Origin: Rhynchobatus australiae
Lineage: Eukaryota
Reading direction: 5' to 3'
Assembly (NCBI GenBank): GCA_034780895.1
Contig: JAUZTB010000075.1
Location: forward strand, 16,075,091-16,139,090
Length of the DNA: 64,000 nucleotides
In this document: in pieces, positions 63,226 to 64,000 of the stretch
How the letters are laid out: each line of letters begins with the position of its first letter
How positions within the stretch are numbered: position 1 is the stretch's first letter
Position numbers and translations under genes: made by a program
The notes under the pieces: generated by a model
Databases searched by the model: none
What the model was told of the DNA's origin: nothing
What the model saw: the letters and a program-made list of their open reading frames with translations, nothing else

Positions 63226-64000
63226 CTGATGCAAAAAGAAAATCAGAACCTGCTATGTCACCAGATTGCCACCCTTGAAGCTTGGGGATGAGAAAAAGAT
63301 CTCTTGCGAGCTCACCAGTTTACAATTACCAATGCCTAGGCAAATGCACCCATACAGAACTAATGCAGCTGTGACCAGGGAGCCAGAAAGCCATGGAAGT
63401 ACCAGCGACACACAACGCAAGGGCTGCAAGAGGATAGAACTCTTAAATGGAAGTTCTTTCTGATTTATCAGTCATTGCTCAGACTGCAGGACAGAGAGAT
63501 TATCATGCCGTTCATCATGCCATGTTGTTAAAGCAAGTTCCTGCTGAGTGCTGTGAACTTAAAGCCAAGGATCATTGTGCTATGAGAACCAGTTCCAATA
63601 CGAATATGAGGCAGTGTACTGTTACTCTGAATGAGCTAAATTACCCAGATAAATGTACAAAAGTGGGTTAGTGAGGAGTCTTCTCATCAAACTATTTCCT
63701 CCAATTTTCCCATCATTCATTCTACCCGCTGCAGGGAAACCATACTTGAAAGACAGAATGCCTGAAACCACAGCTCTCAGACAGCAAACTAAAGCAGCAC
63801 GATGCCTGCGTTGAACAGAAAAACTGAGGGTGCTACAGATGCTGGTGAACCTAATATTTACCACCGAACTAAACATGGTAAATTTGCTTTCTTCACATCA
63901 GTGGAAAGCAAATGGTCATGGCGAGATGCAAGTTGACTCTTTTGGGGAGATTTGAAAGCTAAAGTCAACTACCACCGCTGCTAAGTGAGACCATCAACTC

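Noticed and set aside
63226-64000. GOLGA7 first coding exon or promoter
   Set aside because: No KVFIQRDY-like coding sequence or CpG island was found. Exon 1 must lie beyond the window.

Overview
Vertebrate genomic DNA from a gapped scaffold. The repeat content (CR1-type LINE fragments, HE1-like tRNA-derived SINEs, short elements with the 'ctggaggaactcagcaggtcaggcagcatct' motif) points to a cartilaginous fish, probably a ray (inference). The right part (about 40250-64000, - strand) holds the 3' part of GOLGA7: three coding exons with exact splice sites, an 11.1-kb U12-type intron (GTATCCTTT 5' site, TTCCTTAAC branch point), a probable intron in the 3'UTR and a candidate 36-nt in-frame cassette exon. 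Exon 1 lies beyond the window. The left part (about 1450-38100) has no intact gene. However, most non-repeat DNA between the transposon insertions translates on the + strand, across stops and frameshifts, into leucine-rich-repeat (LRR) motifs with about ten cysteine-cap-like motifs. I read it as a long decayed multi-module LRR locus facing GOLGA7 tail-to-tail, with a later ~4-kb tandem duplication. This call comes from manual translation and needs HMM and synteny confirmation. Repeat boundaries are approximate. No CRISPR array, rRNA or true tRNA gene was seen.
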